Below are positions 54,254-64,000 of a stretch of 64,000 nucleotides of DNA, in pieces (the first letter of the stretch is position 1; the number at the start of each line of letters is the position of its first letter). This DNA comes from Macrostomum lignano (lineage: Eukaryota), in NCBI GenBank assembly GCA_002269645.1, contig NIVC01003201.1, positions 11,226-75,225 on the forward strand, read 5' to 3'. The notes beneath the pieces are model-generated. The model did no database searches. It was not told the DNA's origin and saw only the letters and a program-made list of their open reading frames with translations. The position numbers were made by a program, and so were the translations under genes.

Positions 54254-55570
54254 TCAGACAAAGAACTCGTCAACAGAGTCGGTATCCAGGGATTGTTGGT
54301 ACAGCCGACTGACATCATCCTGGCTGATTTGAAACTGCGACATTCGGTCGGACCTTGACGGCTCTAGGAAGCCCTGTCCGATGTAGCTGTCACGAGCGGT
54401 ACCAACCATGTGGTAGCCAACCTCGAAGCACGTGACGAACATCTTGTCATCGTTCTCCTCGTCCCTGCCCAGGACGTACAGGTACTTGTTGTCGCAGTCG
54501 AATGTCATCTCCACCGGCGTGAGGCGGCTCATACGGTGCTTGCCGGCGCCTACCACCTCAAAGTTTTTCTCCTTGTCTAAAGTGAACGCGTAGATGAGAC
54601 GACGCTGCGGCCAGATGGTGAAGATGATGTCGGCTTCGCTATCCTTGCACAGAGCGCCACCGAAGCCGTCGAGACCCAGAGCCCCGGCGTTAATAATAGA
54701 GACCTCGTTGGTGCCGCTCTGGTGAAGGAACAGCCCGCCGCCAAAGTCGTTCACGATAATTGTGGACGCGTCAAAGCTCATCACGTGATTGATCTCGACC
54801 GACGTGTTCTGGTAGCGGAACTGGAAGTCTAGAGTTTATTTACAAACGGGTAGCTACGTATCAATCAGGTTTGCTTGTAACAATCAGATCTGCTCATGCG
54901 ATAGTTAGTGTAATTAGTAGTCTGTGGAGCAAAGTATGTTTACTATATACCGAAATTCATGCATTACCTTTGTCAGACCGGATCCTGTCAAGCTTAGGAA
55001 AGCGCCGACGCCACAGAGTGCAGGACGAATTGTCCCCAATGTACATGTAACCCTCTTCCTCGTGTAAATCGATGCCCCACAGGTTGCAGCCCATGCTGGC
55101 CTTCTCAAAGTCATTGACAACTTTTACTCGGTAGCCGCGACTAGTAATCAGAGACAGCTGGTGGTCCTCAGTGATGAGGGCGAATCCGTTTCGGCAGAAA
55201 CGCATTTGGTTGGCGTTGAACGGCCAGGTGTTGACAATTTCTCCCATGGTGCCGTCGTTAAACACGTCCATGTGCTCGATACAGGAATCGGTGAGTATGC
55301 AAAGCAACCTCTTGTAGGGATTCAGCTCTATGGCCTTGGCGTTCTTGTGAACCTGCGTTTGATAAAATTACTATAGTATCTACATTCTTTATCACTTGTC
55401 GGAATTATAGTTCTATGAATAAAACAAGATGAAGCTACGCCCGCTGTATTGTGTCAATTATTTTAGCCTCTTACCTCCTTTGTAGCCACTTCATTGAAGG
55501 TTGCTTGAATGTAGCAGCCAGCCTGCTGCGAGGCATTGCTCTGAAGAGTCATCGTTGACAGCATTTCCAT
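54254..55570 (-). CDS. Uncharacterised 351-aa protein, probable beta-propeller (NHL/YVTN-like)
   Basis: Exons (-): 55570-55475, 55352-54968, 54828-54254; phases 0 and 1 concordant. Blade-like strings such as WGIDLHEEEGYMYIGD and MTFDCDNKYLYVLG. The fold is inferred only. Confidence 0.75.
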
Positions 55571-55730
55571 TTTTATAAGTTTTTGTATGTTTTATACCCT
55601 TCTTGTGATATAGCAACAACGAAAAAAATAAGTTAATTGAACCCAAGGACCGATAAAAACTTTGCTTTACTCCGACACGGGCACACAAAAAGTCAAATAC
55701 ACGTACCATAGACGAACAGCTTCATAGGTG

Positions 55731-55952
55731 TACATCAAGGAGTTCTATAATTAGCAACCTGGAGTGGAAACGAGTTTTTCAGGTGGAAACGAGTTTTTCA
55801 GTTTTACCTCATGAGGCCAGACTACCATAGACAGAGTCAGACAGAGACATATAGACATTCAGTGCTGGTTCCTTATCTTTACAATAGGCGTGGCCTCATG
55901 AGGTAAAACTCGCTTCCACTCCAGATTGCTACTTATAGAACTCCTTGGTGTA
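55731..55952. mobile_element. MITE with about 60-bp TIRs and flanking TA (Tc1/mariner-type)
   Basis: Left TA-CATCAAGGAGTTCTATAATTAGCAACCTGGAGTGGAAACGAG...TTTTACCTCATGAGGCCA is the near reverse complement of right TGGCCTCATGAGGTAAAACTCGCTTCCACTCCAGATTGCTACTTATAGAACTCCTTGGTG-TA. Confidence 0.8.
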
Positions 55953-56854
55953 AATAAAGATTATATAATCCAAAGATGTTTCTCGATGCGATCGCAAGTC
56001 AAAGGGCCATAGATTTTGTGAGTTTTATTAAAAATCCTCGACCATCGGTCAAAGTTCAGTAGCTTTGACGCACATCTTCTGTTTTTTGTTGTGTTGATTT
56101 ATAATTCACCGCATGGTGCTGCGTTAATCGCAAAACTGAAAGCTTCAATAAGAGCTTTACTCTGTCTCCAGGTACTTAGGCGGTGTCCCCTAAAAATTCA
56201 GACGGCAGAATTTGAGCTTGTGCTTTTTAACGGTAGACACATCATGGCTGGGGGGATGGTGTAAACTGATCTGTCACTCCATCGCTAGTCGGTGGAGAAC
56301 TGAGATGTATACTCGTATTAGAGACGCAACCTGGTGCATAGCAGCTACGCGAGTTAAGCACCATGCATGGCTGTCGGCCCACTGCGCACATGCTTAACAG
56401 GCAACTCGGTTATTCTTTTCACTTAAATAACTCAGGCTAACTTCATTAATAACTTCAGTAGTCCCGAGGGCTACTAAACTTTGACAATTGTCAGCTAGCG
56501 GTGTATTTTGGCATAGAAACGTTTTTTTAGCAAATTTGTGGCTCAGTTTTCCCCCACAGCTATAAAAGGGAGCTTGACAACTTTGGTTTATAGCGTTTAT
56601 ATCACAGGGTGTATATTCGAAAAGTCAAGGACAACTTAATGCTCGTAACACATCACTGGAAACGAGCTGAATCGTGGCAAAAAGTAGAAAGCTCATTTAA
56701 AAAGAGAAAATGAGGTTTTGTGGAATTGCTGTTGGTTTACTCGGCGGTATAAGTTCTTCGACGAGTTTTAGTAAATTTATTTTCTCTTTCACCTCACGAA
56801 GGTTGAGTATAGGTTCGAACCGAATATGTTAACAACCTGTATGTGAGTTCGATT

Positions 56855-58503
56855 TCATGGACTCAGCTGAAGCATCATTCGAATCTCTCGCAGCGTGTTA
56901 TATCTGTTTTCTGACTGTCCGGACGCAACGTAGGCACAAGAGATGTACTTTGCATTGTTCATGTCTTCGGTTGAGTAGAGTGAGTTCGGGCTGAACGAGA
57001 CGCATCTGTTGTACCAAAATCCGCCACCACGGCCCCACTTATAAGCGCAGTTGATCCCGCTTCTGTCGTTGTCTCTGTCCACGGTAGAAAATTTCATGCC
57101 TCTGTGGAAGGCCAAGCAGTCCCCGCTGACATTGGTGCCGCCTCCGGCAATCATTTCTCCGTAGGTCATTCTGTACTTTTTAGCAGCATCTTCGACAACA
57201 AAATTGGACCATTCAGCAACGAAAGTTGATCCATTCAAAATTGTCATCTCAATGCGGAGAGTGACGCCCGAATCGCATGTACTCGTAATGCTGTGCAGAG
57301 CTCGCAGACCTTGTGCGCAGATAAGGTTTAAACAAATTATTTAATTGCTGAGACCTTTTTTATTTATTTATTTAAAAAATCGAACTTCTCTCATGCTTGT
57401 TAGTTTACAAGCCTAGCTACTACGCAGTGCGAACGCGCAACCCACCACTCCAGAAGCTTTTAGAATCTCCAAATCCGGACTCGTATTGCGCCCAGTTCCT
57501 ATCGAAGCTGACGTCTCCATTCAGTCGCTGCTGGGATACCCAGAAGCAGCGAGTGCCAATCTTAAACTCGTATCCCGGATAGTCACTGAGGTCGTGCAAA
57601 CCGCAGGCTGAAGAGAGCAAAGATGAATGATGAGGATTCCGATAAAGAAAAGTTCCTGGATGATAGCTCATTTACAAAGTTTTTTATGTCTCCCAGGGAT
57701 CAGAGCAGCTCAGCGGTTAACGCGTCCGACTCTCGCGAACCCCGGTTCAACTCCGTTGCCCGGCCACATTAATCTGGGGCACGTGCATGAAAAGATGCTT
57801 GGGGCTTGTGCAATGATCTCGTCCATGAGGGCCACCCCCCGAGACAGTGTAAATGCCTGACAATGGTCAGACCGTCACCATAAAAGACTTCATGCAAACT
57901 GAATCAAGCTTACCTATCACCTTCTTTCTAAACAGCCTGTTAGCTGAGGGCGCCACGCAGCCCGGACTCTCGGACAGAATGCAAGTTCCGCCATCGATGT
58001 CCGAGAAGCTGAAGGATCTACAGCTGGACTCTTGCTTGGCCAAATGCGCGCACTGAGCAGCAAACTTTGTTGAAATTCGAGTAGACGCGTCCACCGTGCA
58101 CGAATCGGCTGCTGAGATCAGCTCATAGACCTGCTCATCTGGCAAGATTGGTACATAGGGCCATAATTTTAACTGCACTTTTAGTACTGCATCGGACATC
58201 ATTTCAGTAATGTAAAGCGTGACAATTATTTCTGTTGCTTAAAGATTCTGACAGATATTCATTTTTTGAGTCACTAAATACAACAAAACAAAAACAAACT
58301 CTCTGACGCTCTTGAAGAATTCTATGCAATTCTGCTTTTCATGTGTAAGTGAGTTCTTTGCTCGTAAATTATGATTAAATTATAACTACTCATATCTAAG
58401 TTTTCGGCTACGTCTTACCAGTTTCTTCTTCAAAAGACGGCGGTAGATAACTGAGTAAGACCACAGCAATGCAGAAGAAGACTTTGATTTCAAGACGCAA
58501 CAT
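56855..58503 (-). CDS. Secreted PAN/Apple plus fibrinogen C-terminal (FReD) domain protein, 308 aa
   Basis: Exons (-): 58503-58419 (signal peptide), 58138-57914 (PAN: QCAHLAKQESSCRSFSF...GTCIL), 57607-57446, 57309-56855 (FReD: FDRNWAQYESGFG, FHRGMKFSTVDRDND, GGFWYNRC). All phase 1. Confidence 0.87.
57697..57890 (+). mobile_element. Second tRNA-derived SINE family (single copy) in FReD-gene intron
   Basis: A-box-like CAGCTCAGCGG and B-box-like GGTTCAACTCC, followed by a non-tRNA body unrelated to the CORE SINE. Confidence 0.55.
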
Positions 58504-59612
58504 TTGGCGCTTGTTCTAATATAGACTAGAAATAGCTGTCAAAGAAACGCTAGCGACTAAGAAACAAGGGGGCGGTGATGTTTGGCACGGGCAAGACATT
58601 TAACTTTCATTAAATAGCCTCCGAAACCTGATATTTTGTCAAAGTCAATAATTGATTTTTGACTCAACTCTTCCCATCTTCATTTAGACAAATTATATTT
58701 AACGCTGAAGCTGATCTTCGATTTGGACCAGTTGTGATGTCATGTGAGAAAGGCAACTCAATTACTCCATCACTCCACCTTCGAGGACACTCTCTAGAGG
58801 CGCTTCTAGTTATATATCTTTGTGTTTGCATGATTTCATGCTTGATATGGTTTGTCGCTAGTTAGTGGCCCGAAAGACACCGTGGATTGGATTGCTATAC
58901 ATATGTAATATTTGACCAAGTGGACGATAATCGCATCTAATTGCTTCATTTATTTTCCCACTTAACTCTATTTATACTCTAAGATGTTTGCTAATTCCAT
59001 TTATAATCCCATTTGCATCAATTATTTCAAGGTCGCAAATTTTTTAACTTGCAGGCTAATATTTTATCAGTTTTGGCCTGCTCACCCATAGCTCTTACGT
59101 GTAGTTTCTGTATCTGCTACTGTACTATGGAAAAATGACAGGTGAAGGTAGAGGAAAGATAAAAATAACAAAGCTAACACCTACCTGTTTGGTAATAAAT
59201 TATGTAGCTCGTAACTACGCTCGTATCATTCGTATATCAATTCATTAGATAGAATTTCAAACGGATTAGGGACCAGTCCAATACACGCATGTAACTCTTA
59301 AACCTCATAATTCAAATGCGATTATATATCCATTTATATGTAACACCACACATCGCATATTATACTTTATCGACTGCCCGATAACTATTTAACGCCGGCG
59401 TCCCGGATTCTGTCGGCGGTACGTGTGGTCTCCATGTGAGCAGCTTAGTGGATGCTGCATATTATTATTTTTGAACTCACAACTTTTTGGCGGATTTTTT
59501 TGCTATTTATTTACCAGTATATATATATCATTTCTAGGGTTCATTAAAAAAACAGCTTAAATTCGACGACAAAAAACGCCTCTCTAGTTCTATAATATTG
59601 GTTCACATTATT

Positions 59613-59761
59613 CCCTGTGCAGAAATCCGACGTCCAAGACGCCTATCGATGTCGCTGACAAATATGTACTTTTAAATTACACCGACGTTCAGCCGACGTA
59701 TCGATAGACGTTGAGAACGTCGGCCGACGTTGCCGACGTTGCCGACGTCGGATTGCTGTGG
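59613..59761. mobile_element. Small inverted-repeat element with CCGACGT motifs (possible non-autonomous DNA transposon relic)
   Basis: AATCCGACGTC near the left end is inverted as GACGTCGGATT near the right end; several internal CCGACGT(T). Confidence 0.4.
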
Positions 59762-60634
59762 ATTGAGTTAAAAAAAATACATGTATATGGGAGAGTGAAG
59801 GCTGTTGCCCTTTTTTGAGCAAAGAGTCAAATTGAAGCTCTGCTTTTGGTTTCTCAAAAAAGCAGATAGCTCCACGAATTGGAATCATATTTCATAGCTA
59901 ACTACTGCTTACGACCTGATTCTCGATCCAAAAATTCTGAGAATGAAAAGCTCGAGTGAGAATATTCTCGAGAATGCACTTAAAGTCGTCCTTGTTTATA
60001 CTACGTATATGCACGCATTTTTTATGCGAAAGAAGGCATTTTTATGCAAATTTATCATAATCTACATGTATATCAATATGACTTTTATTGTGTTTAACAT
60101 TAGAAAACTGAAATTGTGGCTGTTTACGCTTTGAGTTTCGTTTCAAATATAATTCTAACAAAATTCTAGTACGTTCGTAGTTAAAAAATTATACCTGCAG
60201 TGTCTTAATGTATAGGAGTAAAATTTGACAAAAAAATTCTGTTTTGCTTCTCAACAAAAAACTCTAAGTTAGATCTAACCATCATTAGAACTACCTTCTC
60301 TGAAATTTCAAATCAAGTAGTTAAACCTGTTGACCACCACTGTGTTCGTGTATGTATCGTTTACACGTAATTGTTCATCGCCGCTGGGTCGTACTTTCTT
60401 ATTCAAGTCGTAATTTGTATCACCAGATTTTTCATTTCTCTTGCTATTGTTTTGGTATAATATTGGGTTGAGTACTATTTTACCATTGGCAGCATTGCAC
60501 ACTTACAACAATTCAATATTTTGAATTGGCTGATACTTTCAAATAAACTTTTCTATGCTAATTAATACCTGGCTACAATACACTTAACTATCAAATGAAT
60601 TAATAATAATCATTGTATAGTCTAACATTATATA

Positions 60635-63570
60635 ATGTCTAACAAGCCTACTGATGAAATGTTTCCTGATGATCCAATGGGTGAAATTGACAACACAGCT
60701 GAGGTAAAATATTTGTTCAGATTGCTTAAACTAGTGTGTTTTGTTGCTTTTTTTCTTCTAATCATTAAACCTAAAGGCCTAATTTATAATCAGTTTGTAA
60801 TTGTAGGTTATAACCTTTAGCATACATGCCACCTACCTGCATAACCCCCTGTCCCTGATTTACACTGGCACTGATGTAAGCAACTTTCTTTTTGACTTAC
60901 CTATGAAAGACACCTAAGCAAAAATGATCATAATTGTGAGTAAATGGAAGTAGTAACTATGAGTCAAATGTAGGCCTATTATCAGGGCTAAATATTTTAT
61001 TATCTTCAGTACTATTTTTGATGGGAATTTTTGTGACTTATCTTGGCTAGGCCTTTTATTAGATGGCTAGATTAGCTGGCTTAGCTAGGTATTGTACATG
61101 TATGGGTTATAGCCTAGTAGCAGATCCTAGTCAAATTGTCAACAATCATAGAACTAGATGCCTATTATAAGTCCCAAGAAATCAGTCTCATAGATAGCTA
61201 CCATGGTTGCATAGGTGAGGGGATATATATATTCTAGATGATGATTCCAAATATTTTCAAACTACAAATATTTATATAGTCATAACATTATATATGATAT
61301 GATTATATGATATAATCAAATGAAAATGCATGCAAGGGAGTTGCTACATTTTTATCTATAATGCATGTAAATATACTAACATTTTTGTTTCAGTTACAAA
61401 ACTAGGTTCTGAATAGGATATGGGAAAAATATCCATATCCATAACTTGGAGGCCAAAATCAATGTATCTATAACTTCCTATATCAAATCCATAGCTATGA
61501 CAGAACTGTAATTTTTTATAAGGTTTAATTTATGCTAGCATTTATATTTGCCCTTAGCTATGCTTCTACATAGTATGCTTGTATAAGCCAAATATAAATC
61601 ATAAAAATAATATGCAAGTTATTCCATTATAACATAACTATTCATAACAATTGATAAAAAATTTAAATACCAAAATTTTTTAATATGAAACTAATTGTAT
61701 ATCTAATAAATTTATGATTTATCATTATATTATAAGTGCATCCTATGCAATAAATAAGATTAGTCAAAACTGTTTAAACATAAATAATTAAAAATGTTTT
61801 ATGTAATCTATTTTTTCAATACAAGATTTTGTAGTGTAAAGTCTAAAGTCTGAAGCAAACATTCCAGCCTGGGCTTTTAGGTTTTTTACTAGGCTAAAGA
61901 TGCAATTTTTTATTTTATAATCTATAAACTCTTAGAAAAGTAAAAAAATAGGAATTTAATCTTATGGTTATAATTATCATGACATATTTATTTTTTAGAC
62001 CTACAATGTCAAAATATCTATTAAAATATCATTCACATAGCCAAATTAGTATTAAAGTCTTGCTTATGGCATTGCAGTAAATATGGAAAAAGTAGAAAAA
62101 AAAATTTTTAGCATGTAGATTTAAGACATGTGGAAAGAAATGAATGGTGTTGATAGAGAGAAAATATCATAATCACTAAAATAATAGAAGTTATTTTATA
62201 TAAAAATTGGGATATTATCAAAGTTATAAAGTCCTTTAGGAATGGTTTGTTGATTAGTCAATTAGATTTCGCTTGTGTTTTAGATATTTCTTTAGCTAAA
62301 TATAATGCAATGCCATTTGATTTTATAAGTTCTCTGAAATTAATTAATTAGACACTGATGTGCAGTCCAGATGTCTAGTTATTAGTGTTTATCATATGAT
62401 ATGGCCTTCTTATCTTTACAGATGTTGCTTTTTATTAATTATCAATTATAATTTAATAAAATCACTTCAGGTAAGCGACGGCCGCAGTGGCAACCTGGCC
62501 TTTGATTATCCCAGCAGCGAGAAAATTGTGCACTCCGACTTTAACAACGGTAACTGCTTTGCGAACTAGTTATTTATTTTACTCTGCAATTCGTTTTGTG
62601 AAAGAACATGTTCGCTTCACAGCTTCGATTAATTTAGTGCTAGTGAATCTGTTTCTTTGTAGTCATGCCCATTCTGCTGACCCCTGAGCACGTAAATGCT
62701 CACACAGGGTGTACACGTGTGAGCGTTTACGCCCCCTGGGCCAATTTTTGTGCACAACCCGTTTAAGAAAACGTTACCGTGACACGGTGACAAGTATTGC
62801 TAAGGAGCCATTCCAAATGACTTCTAGTAATTCTAGCAATTTTGTGGCGACCCTTGTGTGACTTTTTAACGACTCAAGTGACTGAGAATTGTAGGATCGT
62901 AAGAGTCGCTAAAGATGTAGCTACACTTTACATGTTAATCATTATAGAAGCACCCAGGGTCACTTGCGTCGCCCTAGAGACGCAGACAATAAAAGGACTC
63001 AAAATAAGACTTTGAGGCGATTCTTTGACGACTTTTTGGTGACTTGTACGAGACATCTCGTCGTTTAAGAGTCGTCTAGCTAGATTCACTTACTTCTTAT
63101 TTTACCTGTGCTACCTGCAACGACTCTAGGGCTGCACAAGCGACTCTGGGACGCTTCCTGGCCTAGCCCAGTGGTTAGAGCGTCAGACTCACGACTTGAA
63201 GGTCGGGGGGTTCGATTCCCGAACCCACTGGAACAATTTGTGTCCTTAAGCAAGACACTTAACTCTGAATTGCTTCAGTTCACCCAGCTGTAAAATTGGT
63301 GCCAGCATTAGCTGTGGTAACTGAGGGTGTGTAGCGACCCCCCCCCCCCAGTCCTTGGACTGAACAGCCGTACGCAGCCTTCAGATGCGCCGCGCAATAG
63401 CTGCGGTTGAGCTGTCGGTTGCACATCTGCCCGTTAGAGCAGGTGTAATCAGTTATTATTATATTATTTATTGGCCTAAGTAGCGTTTTCATCGAGCTAA
63501 TCCGCTTACACTCTCCCGCTATCCCATTGCAGATTTTGGTGACCTATTCGATGACGAAGATCTTGCCTAA
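60635..63570 (+). CDS. COPS9: COP9 signalosome subunit 9 (CSNAP/MYEOV2), 61 aa
   Basis: Exons (+): 60635-60703, 62471-62549, 63533-63570 give MSNKPTDEMFPDDPMGEIDNTAEVSDGRSGNLAFDYPSSEKIVHSDFNNDFGDLFDDEDLA*. This has the N-terminal DEMFP motif and the C-terminal EK.VH.DF.NDF.DLFDD.D motif of COPS9. Confidence 0.9.
63162..63470 (+). mobile_element. CORE-type SINE copy 5 in COPS9 intron 2
   Basis: Matches copies 1-4; TTA-type tail. Confidence 0.9.
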
Positions 63571-63618
63571 ATAAACTGATTTGAGCCCCTATTAAACTGT
63601 GATTAATTTGTCGCTACA

Positions 63619-64000
63619 ATGACTCTGTCTATTCAGCATCTCTGCCTTGCTCCCCAGACTCCCCGAGGCGCCATCAGCCTGCTGGCCCTATTAACCGTTT
63701 TAATCGCTTGCCAGCTGGTACAAATTGCCGAGTCCCGGCCAAGCTGCCAGGACGGCTGGCTGCCTGTTGGCCAGACTGACTGCATTCTGATTGGCCAGGC
63801 TCCGCTCAACATTAGCCAGGCTCGCCAGTACTGCCTATCCTTGGCAACAATAGCAGATTGATCTTCTTGCGCAATCAGCAGTTCAATGAATTGTTGCTTA
63901 GCGCATTGCTGAGCAGTCGCAATGAGACCAATGCCACTACTACTGAGCTCTCAGCTAGCTACTGGACTGGGGCTCGCGTCACTGATCTGGTCAGCCTGGA
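63619..64000 (+). CDS. C-type lectin domain protein, 5' part (apparent frameshift near 63841; continues off window)
   Basis: Hydrophobic leader, then CQDGWLPVGQTDCILI...NISQARQYC. A shifted frame continues GNNSRLIFL...SYWTGAR, the usual CTLD pattern. Confidence 0.7.

Overview
Eukaryotic genomic window, intron-rich and dense in micro/minisatellites. Its style and gene content suggest a free-living flatworm such as Macrostomum (inference, not proven). I rebuilt eight spliced protein-coding genes by hand from GT-AG boundaries and phase continuity. (1) Troponin I (-) with a long charged N-terminal extension that needs a phase-correcting microexon. (2) A 755-aa 3xCUB-LDLa-TM receptor, Neto/LEV-10-like (-). 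(3) A BAMBI-like kinase-less TGF-beta pseudoreceptor (+). (4) A MICAL-like CH-LIM-bMERB protein (-). (5) An orphan 351-aa probable beta-propeller protein (-). (6) A secreted PAN/Apple-fibrinogen (FReD) protein (-). (7) The 61-aa COP9 signalosome subunit 9/CSNAP (+), which the ORF track misses. (8) A C-type lectin (+, runs off the window). Mobile DNA includes five copies of a tRNA-derived CORE-type SINE, a second SINE head, a TA-flanked MITE and a 5'-truncated RTE-like LINE. The most interesting element is a near full-length Ingi/I-group retrotransposon flanked on both sides by (TGT)n. It starts with an 84-nt pseudoknot resembling an HDV-like ribozyme and encodes a 2A-like DVERNPGP motif, tandem PHD fingers, APE, RT, RNase H and a CCHC knuckle. 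All calls come from reading the sequence; no searches were run.
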